Counted from the stretch's first letter, positions 20,791-29,910 are shown. The stretch is 64,000 bases of DNA from Endomicrobiales bacterium (GCA_963794945.1 CAWCFT010000015.1:64001-128000), one strand, 5' to 3'. The notes: a model not told the origin generated them from the sequence alone. A program made the numbers and translations.

Positions 20791-21171
20791 TCACTTACAT
20801 TCTTTTGAAAGGATCTTTGCGATCCTCATGAGAATATACTTGTTGTCGTAAGGTTTCGCTACGAACCAATCGGCTTTTTGTTCTATGGATTCCTGAAGAG
20901 TGTCTCCATTGTCTTTTGAGGTAAGCATGATAACCTTAGTGCCTTTTGTTTTTGGATTGTTTTTAATATCTTTGCAGACGCTAAGGCCGTCCATGTCCGG
21001 CATCATTATATCAAGAATAACAAGATCGGGCTTTTCTTCATTTACTCTCTCGATCGCTCTTTTTCCGGTATAAGCCGTTATGCACTCGTAGCCCTCATTT
21101 TCTAGCAGGTCTTTTAACATTTTAACCGCGTCTTGTTCATCGTCAACCAGAAGGATCTTACCCTGAGCCAT
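20791..21171 (-). CDS. Single-domain response regulator
   Basis: ILLVDDE, LDIMMPDMDG, VIMLTS, KPY. Confidence 0.9.
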   Translation of the reverse strand: MAQGKILLVDDEQDAVKMLKDLLENEGYECITAYTGKRAIERVNEEKPDLVILDIMMPDMDGLSVCKDIKNNPKTKGTKVIMLTSKDNGDTLQESIEQKADWFVAKPYDNKYILMRIAKILSKECK

Positions 21172-21265
21172 TGCCCCCTCCAATAATCTTTATTGACGCA
21201 AGCTTTTGATAATACGATTAGCCTGTCAGGCTTGTTGTTGAACTTTCATTGAAGAGTCTTCCACT

Positions 21266-21652
21266 CTAAAGGAGTTTAGCATCTTTTGAGAGTATCTGGT
21301 TGATCTTGGCTACGAGGTATTTGAAATCGTACGGTTTTGTGACGAACCAATCCGCTTTTTTCTGTATGGCTATTTCCACATCTTCACCCATATCTTTTGC
21401 CGTGATCATTATTACGGGTATGTGCGACGTTTCAGGGTCGTTCTTTATCTTTTCACATACATCGTACCCGCTGATACCGGGCATCATTACGTCCATGAGC
21501 ACCATGTCGGGCTTTTCTTCCTTAAGTTTATTTAAGGCGCTCTCGCCGTCAAAAAACTCGCGCACGGTAAAACCCGAGTGCTCCAGGATAGATTTCAGGG
21601 CGAAGTTAGCGTCCGCATCGTCATCAACAACAAATAGCTTGGCCGGCGTCAT
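21266..21652 (-). CDS. Single-domain response regulator (paralog)
   Basis: VVDDD, MDVMMPGISG, VIMITAK, KPY. Confidence 0.9.
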   Translation of the reverse strand: MTPAKLFVVDDDADANFALKSILEHSGFTVREFFDGESALNKLKEEKPDMVLMDVMMPGISGYDVCEKIKNDPETSHIPVIMITAKDMGEDVEIAIQKKADWFVTKPYDFKYLVAKINQILSKDAKLL

Positions 21653-21677
21653 TTTTTCCTCCGCTGAATCATATGTT

Positions 21678-22229
21678 CTAATGCGCGTAACTCAAAAGCA
21701 TTTCATCTATATTCTTATACAGGTCTTCAAGGCGGCCGGTGTCGTTCAGCAGCGTAATATCAGCGAGCTTCCTGCACTCGCCCAACTGCTGCCCCGGTCC
21801 GCTCGTTTGAGATTCCAGTTTTTCCATTTCCAGCAGTTTTTCAAGCGTTTCGGGGTCACCCTTCCTGTTCCTTTTCTGTATCCTTGAGAACCTTATTTCC
21901 GGAGAAGCGTCAACGTTGACCATATAGAAATCGCCGTGTTTTTTAAGTTCGCTTATCTCGGCAGGGTGCCGCACCGAGGTTATCACATAATTGTTCCCCT
22001 GCGCAAAGTTTGCCGCAACTCTTTTTGCCAGGACAGAGCTTCCTTCCGCGCCGCGCAGCTCAGTCCCGATCTTTATTAGGTTCTCCCTGACAGCGGGGAC
22101 GCCCCTTCTTTCCAGCTCCTTGCGCAGCTCATCCGATAAAGAAAAATGTATGAAATTCTTTTTCTTTTCAAGATAGTCTGCAACCGTGTCTTTGCCCGAA
22201 CCGTAAGTGCCTGTTAGCCCTATTATCAT
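21678..22229 (-). CDS. P-loop nucleotide kinase (dephospho-CoA kinase-like)
   Basis: IIGLTGTYGSGKDT Walker A; SVRHPAE; DASPEIRFSR. Confidence 0.75.
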   Translation of the reverse strand: MIIGLTGTYGSGKDTVADYLEKKKNFIHFSLSDELRKELERRGVPAVRENLIKIGTELRGAEGSSVLAKRVAANFAQGNNYVITSVRHPAEISELKKHGDFYMVNVDASPEIRFSRIQKRNRKGDPETLEKLLEMEKLESQTSGPGQQLGECRKLADITLLNDTGRLEDLYKNIDEMLLSYAH

Positions 22230-22256
22230 TTTTTATCCTATATCGTAGTCAAATTG

Positions 22257-22440
22257 GGCCGGTTGAAAAACCTGCTAAACATGCCGTCTTTGCGAACCGA
22301 AGGGTGAAGCAATCTCATTCTTGCCAAAGCAACAGCGAGATTGCCACCCGCCACTAAATTTTCGGCGGGCAGGCGTCGCGAAGTTTATCCGCCTCTGGCG
22401 GGCTCCCGCAAAGACACCACAAACAGATTTTCAACAACCT
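22257..22440. repeat. Composite palindromic MITE/REP-like element
   Basis: Outer IR GTTGAAAA..TTTTCAAC; inner GTCTTTGCG..CGCAAAGAC; GCAATCTC..GAGATTGC; nested CCGCC-GGCGG hairpins. Confidence 0.75.
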
Positions 22441-22451
22441 CAATTTTGACA

Positions 22452-24176
22452 CTAATGATCCTTAACATTTTCCACACTAAAGACTATCACATCGTCAACC
22501 GGCATCATAGAGAAGTTGAACGGTAGTATTCCCCAGTAGCTTGAATAAAATCCGGCCCTGGCCCTTGGGTTCATAAGCCTTAATGGAAACCCGCTTTCTA
22601 AATGCCATGTATCTACGATCTTTAGCACTCCTGCGATCTCGCCGGACGGTTTCTGCGGGTCGGGTATCCTTGCCGCAATAAGGTAACCGCCAGACGCCAA
22701 AGGCTTGTTGACTTCAAGCGCCGTCATGCCGGCCTTTTCAAGATAGTACTGAAATCCGAAATGGCCCAGGAAATGCCCGTTATTGTATCCCTTATCTTGT
22801 ATGCGGACAGCCACGTTCTTGTATGCTTCCGCCCAGATGTAGTCCGAAACTGTTAATGACACGCCGAAAACCAGCGCGGCGGACACAGACGCGTACACAA
22901 GGATATTTCTTCTCTTTTCTGATATCCTGACTATTATTTTAGCAAATATTATCGCCGCCGGTGGAAGAATTATCAAGAGGTACCTGGCCGACATCCAGGG
23001 CTCAAGCGCCATCACGGCGCATAACGCGATAAAGAACCAGGCAAGCAGGAAACCGTCAATGTTATGCCGTTCCAGCAAAACTTTGTATATAAAATAAAGT
23101 GTTGCCGTGCAGAACACAGCAAACAAAACGGCCGTAAAGAATCCCGTGAAAATGAAGTTAGCGAAAACAAGCAGTGCGATCATCCACACCGCAAGCGCAC
23201 GAGCCTCTTTTAAAGATGCCGTGAATATTAGCGCCACTGGAAAAATAAAACATCCGCTGAAAAATGTGCCGAAAGCAAACACCTTATGCAATGAAATCCC
23301 TTTGCCTATGTGTTTCGAAGCAAGAAGGAAGTGTACACCCTTATAAACGATCTCGTTTTGAAGGCACCAAAGCCCCAAAATAACCAGCGGTATAAGCATG
23401 TAAAAAGCGTATTTCATCCTCTTTGAAAACAGACTGTTTCGCAACTTTAAAAAATGTACATTTTTGTCATTTCGACCGAAGGGAGAAATCTTGTCTCCGT
23501 CGTTTACCAGGATCTCTCGCGGAGTCGATCCGCCTTCGGCGGGCTCGAGATGACAACTTGAGCGTTGTGAATCAGCCTGAAAGTAGAGGTAAAAAACAAG
23601 TACCGGCACAGCCATTAGGCCAGAATATTTAGCCAGTACGGCTAATCCCACAATAACAGATGCCAGTACCATTTTGCCGTGATTACCGCTTTCTGCCCCG
23701 TAAATAAACAGCGCTATCGAGCAGAGCATAAGAGCGCAAAGCGGCACATCAAGCATTATACTTGTGGAGCTAACAAGGAATGACGGACATACGGCTAACA
23801 AAATAGATGCTATAAGCGGGTTATCAGTGAATTTTCTGGCAATAAAATACATCGAGATAACCGCCGTCAACGGAAACACAAGAAAGAAGATATGAAATAT
23901 CCACTCTTTTTCCCCGAACGCTTTCAATATCGCGGCCGTGTAAGCAGTTACCAGAGGCGGAAAAGTGGCTTCCATCCGTCCCCAAACGTCCCGCAGCTCG
24001 CCGCTCCAGTTTATCGAAAAACTGTAAGGGTGCATAGGGTCGCGCGCAAACTGCTCTGCCGCCTTAAGGTAAAACGGATCGTCCACATTGAAGGGTTTAT
24101 TAATGAACGGTAGAAGTGTAGCCAAAACCACAGCCGAAAGTATCAAAAGGTCACGTATAACTATTTTGTTCATCAT
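22452..24176 (-). CDS. GT-C (ArnT/PMT, GT39/83-like) membrane glycosyltransferase containing an in-frame repeat insertion
   Basis: PFNVDDPFY, FPPL, IMLDVP, LAKYSG, ARYLL motifs; multiple TM helices. Confidence 0.85.
   Translation of the reverse strand: MMNKIVIRDLLILSAVVLATLLPFINKPFNVDDPFYLKAAEQFARDPMHPYSFSINWSGELRDVWGRMEATFPPLVTAYTAAILKAFGEKEWIFHIFFLVFPLTAVISMYFIARKFTDNPLIASILLAVCPSFLVSSTSIMLDVPLCALMLCSIALFIYGAESGNHGKMVLASVIVGLAVLAKYSGLMAVPVLVFYLYFQADSQRSSCHLEPAEGGSTPREILVNDGDKISPFGRNDKNVHFLKLRNSLFSKRMKYAFYMLIPLVILGLWCLQNEIVYKGVHFLLASKHIGKGISLHKVFAFGTFFSGCFIFPVALIFTASLKEARALAVWMIALLVFANFIFTGFFTAVLFAVFCTATLYFIYKVLLERHNIDGFLLAWFFIALCAVMALEPWMSARYLLIILPPAAIIFAKIIVRISEKRRNILVYASVSAALVFGVSLTVSDYIWAEAYKNVAVRIQDKGYNNGHFLGHFGFQYYLEKAGMTALEVNKPLASGGYLIAARIPDPQKPSGEIAGVLKIVDTWHLESGFPLRLMNPRARAGFYSSYWGILPFNFSMMPVDDVIVFSVENVKDH
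23430..23579. mobile_element. 150-bp palindromic MITE-like element inserted in frame in the GT-C gene
   Basis: Imperfect TIRs CAGACTGTTTCGCAAC / GTTGTGAATCAGCCTG; inner TGTCATTTCGA..TCGAGATGACA; closely similar to intergenic copy 28313-28393. Confidence 0.8.
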
Positions 24177-24209
24177 ATTGATTTTATACTTTTAAAAACT
24201 ATTTTAGTT

Positions 24210-25190
24210 ACGGCGTCAGGCTTCACTAACTACACTAACTTAACTATTGAATTTTGTAATGTAACTATGCGAACAATTAACAAAACCCGCAACTTCCGCT
24301 CCCTTATGCCCCGCGCCTATCGCCTGCCTTATAAATTCTTTTCTGGCGTTTGCCAACTTGCTTAACCTTGTCTTGCCGCAAAGCGCTTCAACAGAGATAT
24401 TCATCTTTTTCGCTATGCTCGCCGCTATTTCTTTTAAAGTTACTTTCATTTTTAATTCACGTTCGGGGTTTTTCCGGTTTACCAACTCTTCATGCTGAAG
24501 CGTTAATTCTTTTTTAAAGCTATCGCTGCCAAGATACGGCGTTTTCTCCTCGGGATAATACTCCTTTCTCTTCCCCATCTGACTGCCATCACGGACAAAC
24601 TCAGAATACTTTACTACCGCCTTCTTATAATCGCCGCCTAGCATTCCCAGCACTTCTTTGATTTCCAACACTTTCTTTTTACTTTGCCCTAAATACTCTT
24701 TATGGCCGCTCCAGCTCCAGTCAGCCGGGGTTTTTACAATCCCGGCTCTAAACGGGTTTAGATGTATGTACCTCACAAGCTCTAACAAATAACTATCCTT
24801 CTCGCAAATGATTGCCTTGTAACGCCCCTGAAACAAATGCCCGATCTTTTTATATTTCTTATTGAAATACTTCGTATACGCGGTTAATATCCTCTGCATT
24901 ATTGCTGACGTTCTTACACCCTTTACTTCCATCAGCAAATGAAAATGGTTGGGCATCAAACAGTATGCGTGTACTTTAAATTGTGCTTTTTCTTTTATTC
25001 TAAGGAGGGTGTCTAGAAATGCCTCATAATCGCTTTCTTCATTAAATATCTCTTTGCGATTATTTCCTCGGGCTATAATGTGGTACAGCCCGCTTTCTAT
25101 ATGTAATCTTGGTTTTCTTCCCATTGCGGTTATATTACTATTTCATTCCTGTCATGTCAAGTTAGTGTAGTTAGTGAAGCCTGACACCGT
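24210..25190 (-). mobile_element. 981-bp element: RAYT-like HUH transposase bounded by 32-bp terminal inverted repeats
   Basis: IRs ACGG(C/T)GTCAGGCTTCACTAACTACACTAACTT at 24210-24241 and 25159-25190 (31/32 identical). Confidence 0.85.
24240..25124 (-). CDS. REP-associated tyrosine transposase-like (Y1_Tnp) protein with C-terminal DnaA-C-like HTH
   Basis: MGRKPRL..YHIIARGNNRKEIF, YCLMPNHFHLL (HUH), GHLFQGRYKA, LVRYIHLNP, WSWSGH; C-terminal helical/HTH segment. Confidence 0.92.
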   Translation of the reverse strand: MGRKPRLHIESGLYHIIARGNNRKEIFNEESDYEAFLDTLLRIKEKAQFKVHAYCLMPNHFHLLMEVKGVRTSAIMQRILTAYTKYFNKKYKKIGHLFQGRYKAIICEKDSYLLELVRYIHLNPFRAGIVKTPADWSWSGHKEYLGQSKKKVLEIKEVLGMLGGDYKKAVVKYSEFVRDGSQMGKRKEYYPEEKTPYLGSDSFKKELTLQHEELVNRKNPERELKMKVTLKEIAASIAKKMNISVEALCGKTRLSKLANARKEFIRQAIGAGHKGAEVAGFVNCSHSYITKFNS

Positions 25191-25486
25191 TTTGGATTTG
25201 GAAAATCGCCATTCTCACCCTTTGAAGGATCTAGAATAACGATGCAAAACTGCGCTTGTATTATTTTTGAACATATTTTAGTGCAAAACGACAATGTTGC
25301 AGGCTCTGAGCTTTTTACTGCCCGATAACATTCATATTGCTTATTTTTTAAAATCTCTTCTATCATATCTACTTTAATTTTATAACAATCATCGGAAGGA
25401 TAAGCTATGAAGCACGCTTTTGCGGATTCAGAAATATTGCCACATGCAGGTAACCCTATAAAACACTTTTCATTTTTCTTGCTCAT
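25191..25486 (-). pseudogene. Truncated nucleoside 2-deoxyribosyltransferase/TIR-like domain gene
   Basis: CFIAYPS..EEIL..YECYRA..KICSKIIQAQFCIVILD..NP, cut by the element exactly at the usual NPNV motif. Confidence 0.6.
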
Positions 25487-25640
25487 CTTTTCTCTCCTAT
25501 TAGTTTCTTCTCATCCAGATTCTTTGAAGTTTCTTAATCAGCTTGCACTGCCCTTATTCTGTAAAAATCTAATTACCCACTTCGCCGGCGGACAGGCACA
25601 GATTATTAGAGCAGATTGCACAGGTGAAAATCTATACCAT

Positions 25641-25780
25641 TTAGTTAGTCAGCTTCCTTTTTATCGCTTCGATTACTTCCTGCATCATTTGTATCCATGC
25701 TTTCAGATAGGCGGATTTGGCATCATTAGTTTCCGGTTTGCGCAGATCCTGCTGAGTTAATGTGATGGAGGTTTCATACC
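25641..25780 (-). pseudogene. Degraded paralog fragment of the 26136..26783 protein
   Basis: Reads YETSITLTQQDLRKPETNDAKSAYLKAWIQMMQEVIEAIKRKLTN*, matching IQYSQEVIEAIKKKLG*; in-frame stop upstream. Confidence 0.6.
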
Positions 25781-26013
25781 CAGTATGGTGTCAGGTATTG
25801 CATTCATGCATTCCATGGAAATTGTGTCAAGCCTAACTTTATGTATTTTCATTCTGTTTCAGCGCCGTGTTCGCGTACTGGTTTAATGCATTTTGTATAT
25901 CGCTTATGTTCTTGAGGCCAGCCGCCTGCGATCTGTCATCATTTGCGGCGGCACTGCCCTATTATACAGGCACAACTGAATACATTTATTACTAATTTAT
26001 CAAACACTTTATT

Positions 26014-26112
26014 AGGTGCTATTTTGGGTGCTAATTATAGTGCGTTATTGTTGCATTATCAGGTGCGTGTTTGGGTGCGATATGATTGTATTTCATGCGC
26101 AACACGGGTGCG
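26014..26112. repeat. About 12-bp-periodic GGTGC motif array
   Basis: GTGC at 26016, 26028, 26040, 26063, 26075, 26108; related cluster at 26830-26867. Confidence 0.6.
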
Positions 26113-26135
26113 CCATCAATGACATAATACATCTA

Positions 26136-26783
26136 TTAGCCTAATTTCTTTTTGATTGCTTCGATAACTTCCTGCGAGTATTGTATTTGTTTATTAATCC
26201 TGGGTTTATCTTCTTCATTTGCGGCTGGATCATTCAGCTTATTTTGCATCCTTGCTACACCCTCCTGGTTCTTGGCGAGCAATATTGACATGACCGCGGA
26301 ATCGTATTTTCCATTGTTAATGTCCTGAAGCAGGTTTTTTTGCGCTTCATCAGTCCAAACATTCTGCGTTTCAGGCGTGCCTGCCGAAGAATCAGGCGCA
26401 GATGGCTGTGTTTCCGGGTGCGTTTTTGGGTGCGCGGGCTTCTCATTTTTTGATTTTCCAGCCTTCTTTTTCTTTGCCGTATTGTTCATCAGCGCGTTCA
26501 TGCGGAACATATTATTGCCATCCTCATTTGCCACAAAACTAACGCATGAGTATTCCCCGCCAAGTTTGTGCGCCTGCGTGGTTAATGAATGCGCTTTCTT
26601 TTGCAGAACCTTCATGTCAGGCGATGTCATTTTCAGCTTAAGCGCTTTGCCGTTGTTCTCTTTCAGGCATTTCAATATTTTATCAAAATACGGTTTATAC
26701 TTGCTGTTCTTTGACAGCACTTCAAACAACTCCACAACACTTTCAATCTCAAGGCCGTTCAGGTCATTATCAACTTCGCTCAT
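26136..26783 (-). CDS. Hypothetical protein (two helical regions joined by a Lys/Pro-rich linker)
   Basis: 215-aa ORF with AGGAGG RBS; no recognisable family motif. Confidence 0.7.
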   Translation of the reverse strand: MSEVDNDLNGLEIESVVELFEVLSKNSKYKPYFDKILKCLKENNGKALKLKMTSPDMKVLQKKAHSLTTQAHKLGGEYSCVSFVANEDGNNMFRMNALMNNTAKKKKAGKSKNEKPAHPKTHPETQPSAPDSSAGTPETQNVWTDEAQKNLLQDINNGKYDSAVMSILLAKNQEGVARMQNKLNDPAANEEDKPRINKQIQYSQEVIEAIKKKLG

Positions 26784-27019
26784 GGTTTTTCCTCCTTTCA
26801 GTATTGTAGTTCCATGTGACTTATAATTACATTATCGGGTGCGATTTTGGGTGCAAATTCCAGTGCGTTGTCCCGTTGTTAATCCACCGGATTTCATCTA
26901 ATAAAAAAAGAAAAAACAATGCGGCTTAGATAACGCCCATCGTTCTTTGAGATTGAAATATTATATTTGAAATGTTCCCGTGCCCCAAACATTGCAAGAT
27001 ACGTCTCCGATGAAAAGGC

Positions 27020-27054
27020 AAGATTTCTCCCCGCCAGGGCGGATCGAAATGACA
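27020..27054. repeat. Half copy of the GTCATTTCGA palindromic repeat
   Basis: AGATTTCTCCCCGCCAGGGCGGATCGAAATGACA. Confidence 0.65.
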
Positions 27055-27061
27055 CAATAGT

Positions 27062-28166
27062 CTAGACGACTGTAAGCCCGGACTGGGTATCGAAAAGGTG
27101 GATCTTGTTCAAATTTATGACAAGCTCTATCACCTGGTTGGTTTTTGCCTGGTTGTGGGAATCAACTTTGGCGACAAGCGTGTTCTTGCCGGTGTTAAAG
27201 TGGAGGAATATTTCGCTGCCGAGGGGCTCGACTACTTCAACCGTGGCGCTGAAGTTATTGCCGTCTTTCGGGCCCATAGTGTAGAAAAGTTTGTCATATA
27301 TGTCTTCCGGGCGTACGCCCAGGGTCATTTTTTTGCCGCTGTAGGGAAGAAGGCCTTCCTTGTACTGTTTAGGGAGCTTAAGCTCGAACATGCCTTCGTT
27401 GATGAACAGGTCTTCGTCTTTTTTGACAATCTCCACTTCAATGAAATTCATGGGAGGGCTTCCTATGAAACCGCCGACGAATTTATTCTTTGGGTTATCG
27501 TAAAGGTCAAGGGGCCCGGCCACCTGCTGTATGCTGCCGTCTTTCATCACGCAGATCCTGTCGCCCATCGTCATGGCTTCGGTCTGGTCGTGTGTTACGT
27601 ATATCATCGTGCTCTGGAGCCTGTCGTGTATTTTTTTAAGTTCCGCGCGCATCTGGACGCGCAGTTTGGCGTCAAGGTTGGAGAGTGGTTCGTCAAACAG
27701 GAAGACTTTCGGTTTTCTGACAATTGCGCGGCCCACGGCTACTCTCTGTTTCTGGCCTCCGCTTAACTGTTTGGGGCGCCTTTCAAGGAGATGGCCGATG
27801 CTCAGTATCTCCGCCGCCTCTTTTACTCTCTGTTCTATTTCTTTTTTGCTGTCAGCCGCGAAGCTTGAGGCCGAAAGCCATGTTGTCGTAAACCGTCATG
27901 TGGGGGTATAGGGCGTAGTTCTGGAAAACCATCGCTATGTCCCTGTCTTTGGGAGGCAGGTCGTTTACCTTTCTGTCGCCTATATAAATGGAACCGCTGG
28001 ATATATCTTCCAGCCCCGCCACCATGCGCAGGGTAGTCGTTTTGCCGCAGCCGCTGGGGCCCACAAGGATACAGAACTCCCTGTCGGGAACTTCCAGGCT
28101 GAATTCTTTAACGACTTCAAGATCGCCGAATTTTTTTGATACTTTTTCTAGAACCACACGTGCCAT
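27062..28166 (-). CDS. Sugar ABC transporter ATP-binding protein (MalK/MsmX/UgpC family), frameshift near 27853
   Basis: [54 protein letters not shown]-terminus. Confidence 0.93.
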
Positions 28167-28197
28167 TGATACGGGCTCCTTCTGTTAATTAAAGTTG

Positions 28198-28226
28198 ATT
28201 ATATCCTTTTAACAGGTCTTAGTCAA
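28198..28226 (-). promoter_or_regulatory. Sigma70 promoter of the ABC ATPase
   Basis: TTGACT, 17 bp, TATAAT. Confidence 0.65.
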
Positions 28227-28312
28227 CAGGACAGATCTCACCATGCCCCCCAGATAGAGTCCGGTGATTGACGGAACATATTTCACCGGACCAATGTCAT
28301 TGCGAACGTGGT

Positions 28313-28393
28313 TGTCATTTCGACCAGAGGGAGAAATCTTCAGTCAAACAAACAACAGATCTCTCATCCGCCTCAGGTGGATTCGAGATGACA
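28313..28393. repeat. Intergenic copy of the GTCATTTCGA palindromic repeat
   Basis: TGTCATTTCGACCAGAGGGAGAAATCT..AGATCTCTCATCCGCCTCAGGTGGATTCGAGATGACA. Confidence 0.8.
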
Positions 28394-28472
28394 GCGTTGT
28401 GCGATGATTAAGTATCTCAAGAAGTTCTCGCTGAGAACGTACAGGCTGGCGCTGAGTTCGCAGATATACTGA

Positions 28473-29909
28473 TCAGTGGGATTTATTGTTCCGTTTGCCG
28501 TTATTCTTTTGGTGGGCCTGGGGTTTTGGGTTTATCTCGCCGTATTCCTTTATGGCGTTTCTGCCGTTGGTCTTGACCCAGTAGAGGGCCTGATCGGCGC
28601 TGGAGATGAGGGCCTCAACTGAGGCGCCGTCCTGCGGATAATGGCTTATCCCTATGCTTATGGAAACATGGAACTTTTCGTTTTCGGCGGAAAACTCTTT
28701 TTCCGATACCAGCCTGTTTATCTCTTTGGCGATATACAATATCTCTTCGCGCTCGGCCATGGGGATGAGCACTATGAACTCCTCCCCGCCGTACCTGCCG
28801 ACAAGGTCTCCCGGGCGCAGGCAGTCTATGAATATCCTGGAAACGCCGCAGAGCACTTTGTCGCCTATTATGTGCCCGTAGGTGTCGTTTACCTTCTTGA
28901 AAAAATCAAGGTCAAGGACAAGGATCGAGAATATCCCGGTGTACCTCTTCGCCCTCTGGATCTCGGTTTGAAGCCTCTCGATGAAATATCTTCTCAGGTA
29001 AAGCCCCGTTAGCCCGTCGGCGCGCGAGCGCTCGCGGACCTCGGCGAACAGGCGCGTGCGTTTAAGGCCCAGTGCTATCTGCGGTATGAATATGGCGCCT
29101 TCTTCGACATACCTGCCGGCGGCCTCGTTTTCCGCGATTATCAAAACACCAGCCATGAGGTCCTTTTCAAGCCGTACGGGCCAGAACACGATAGATTTTC
29201 CTTCGAGGTATTCCGGCGCCTGAAGCTGTTTGATCTCTTTTTCATTCCTCAATTGTTTCTGCCCGTTGACAAAAACCAGCAGCCTGTCCCTTAGCTCCTG
29301 ATCCGAACAGGAAAGCACCTTCCATTTATCATTGTCCCAGGAAAATATCCCGACATTGTTCACTCCGGGACGGTTGAGAAGTATCCTCTCCAGGTGTTCG
29401 AGAACCTCTTCGATCTCCATGCGTTCCACGAGCTCCCTGCCGAGTATGTAGAGCTGGTTTATCTTGTCTATTTCGTGTTCAAGCGAATTCCTCTCCTTTT
29501 CCAGGCTCAGCAGCTCGCTGTCGAGGCCGGATATTTTCTGTTTCAAGGAAGAGTTGGTTTTCAGGTATTCCATCCTGCTGAGTTTCGACAAGCGCTCGTA
29601 AAAATACGGCACAACGGCTGTTCCTGCAAGCATGAGTATAAGCCCGCCGGTGGTCACGGGCCACTCGCGCGCCCCTTCAAAGATCAGCAGCAGAGCGCCG
29701 ACCGCGCCGGCCACGCTGGACGCGTGCACCCACGAGACCGAGAAATACAGCCCCGCGATGATGAGAAAATAGATCATCACCTGGCGAAGCATGCCCGAGG
29801 CCATGTAAAAATACAGCGCGAGGAAGATCGCAAGCACCGCCGCTGCCGCGATGGCTGTGCCGAACGACTTGCTTTTCATTTCCTTGATCTCAGCCGGGAA
29901 TATGCTCAT
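28473..29909 (-). CDS. Membrane GAF-like + GGDEF diguanylate cyclase
   Basis: N-terminal TMs, coiled coil, DGLTGLY, RPGD I-site, RYGGEEF. Confidence 0.92.
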   Translation of the reverse strand: MSIFPAEIKEMKSKSFGTAIAAAAVLAIFLALYFYMASGMLRQVMIYFLIIAGLYFSVSWVHASSVAGAVGALLLIFEGAREWPVTTGGLILMLAGTAVVPYFYERLSKLSRMEYLKTNSSLKQKISGLDSELLSLEKERNSLEHEIDKINQLYILGRELVERMEIEEVLEHLERILLNRPGVNNVGIFSWDNDKWKVLSCSDQELRDRLLVFVNGQKQLRNEKEIKQLQAPEYLEGKSIVFWPVRLEKDLMAGVLIIAENEAAGRYVEEGAIFIPQIALGLKRTRLFAEVRERSRADGLTGLYLRRYFIERLQTEIQRAKRYTGIFSILVLDLDFFKKVNDTYGHIIGDKVLCGVSRIFIDCLRPGDLVGRYGGEEFIVLIPMAEREEILYIAKEINRLVSEKEFSAENEKFHVSISIGISHYPQDGASVEALISSADQALYWVKTNGRNAIKEYGEINPKPQAHQKNNGKRNNKSH

Positions 29910-29910
29910 A

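Noticed and set aside
25787..25795. GGTGTCAGG matching the transposon end (also TTCACTAAC near 53685)
   Set aside because: Only 9-bp matches without the rest of the inverted repeat; compatible with chance.
26014..26112. Repeat clusters (GGTGC boxes and heptamer arrays) as CRISPR arrays
   Set aside because: No identical 23-47 bp repeats with unique spacers and no cas genes.
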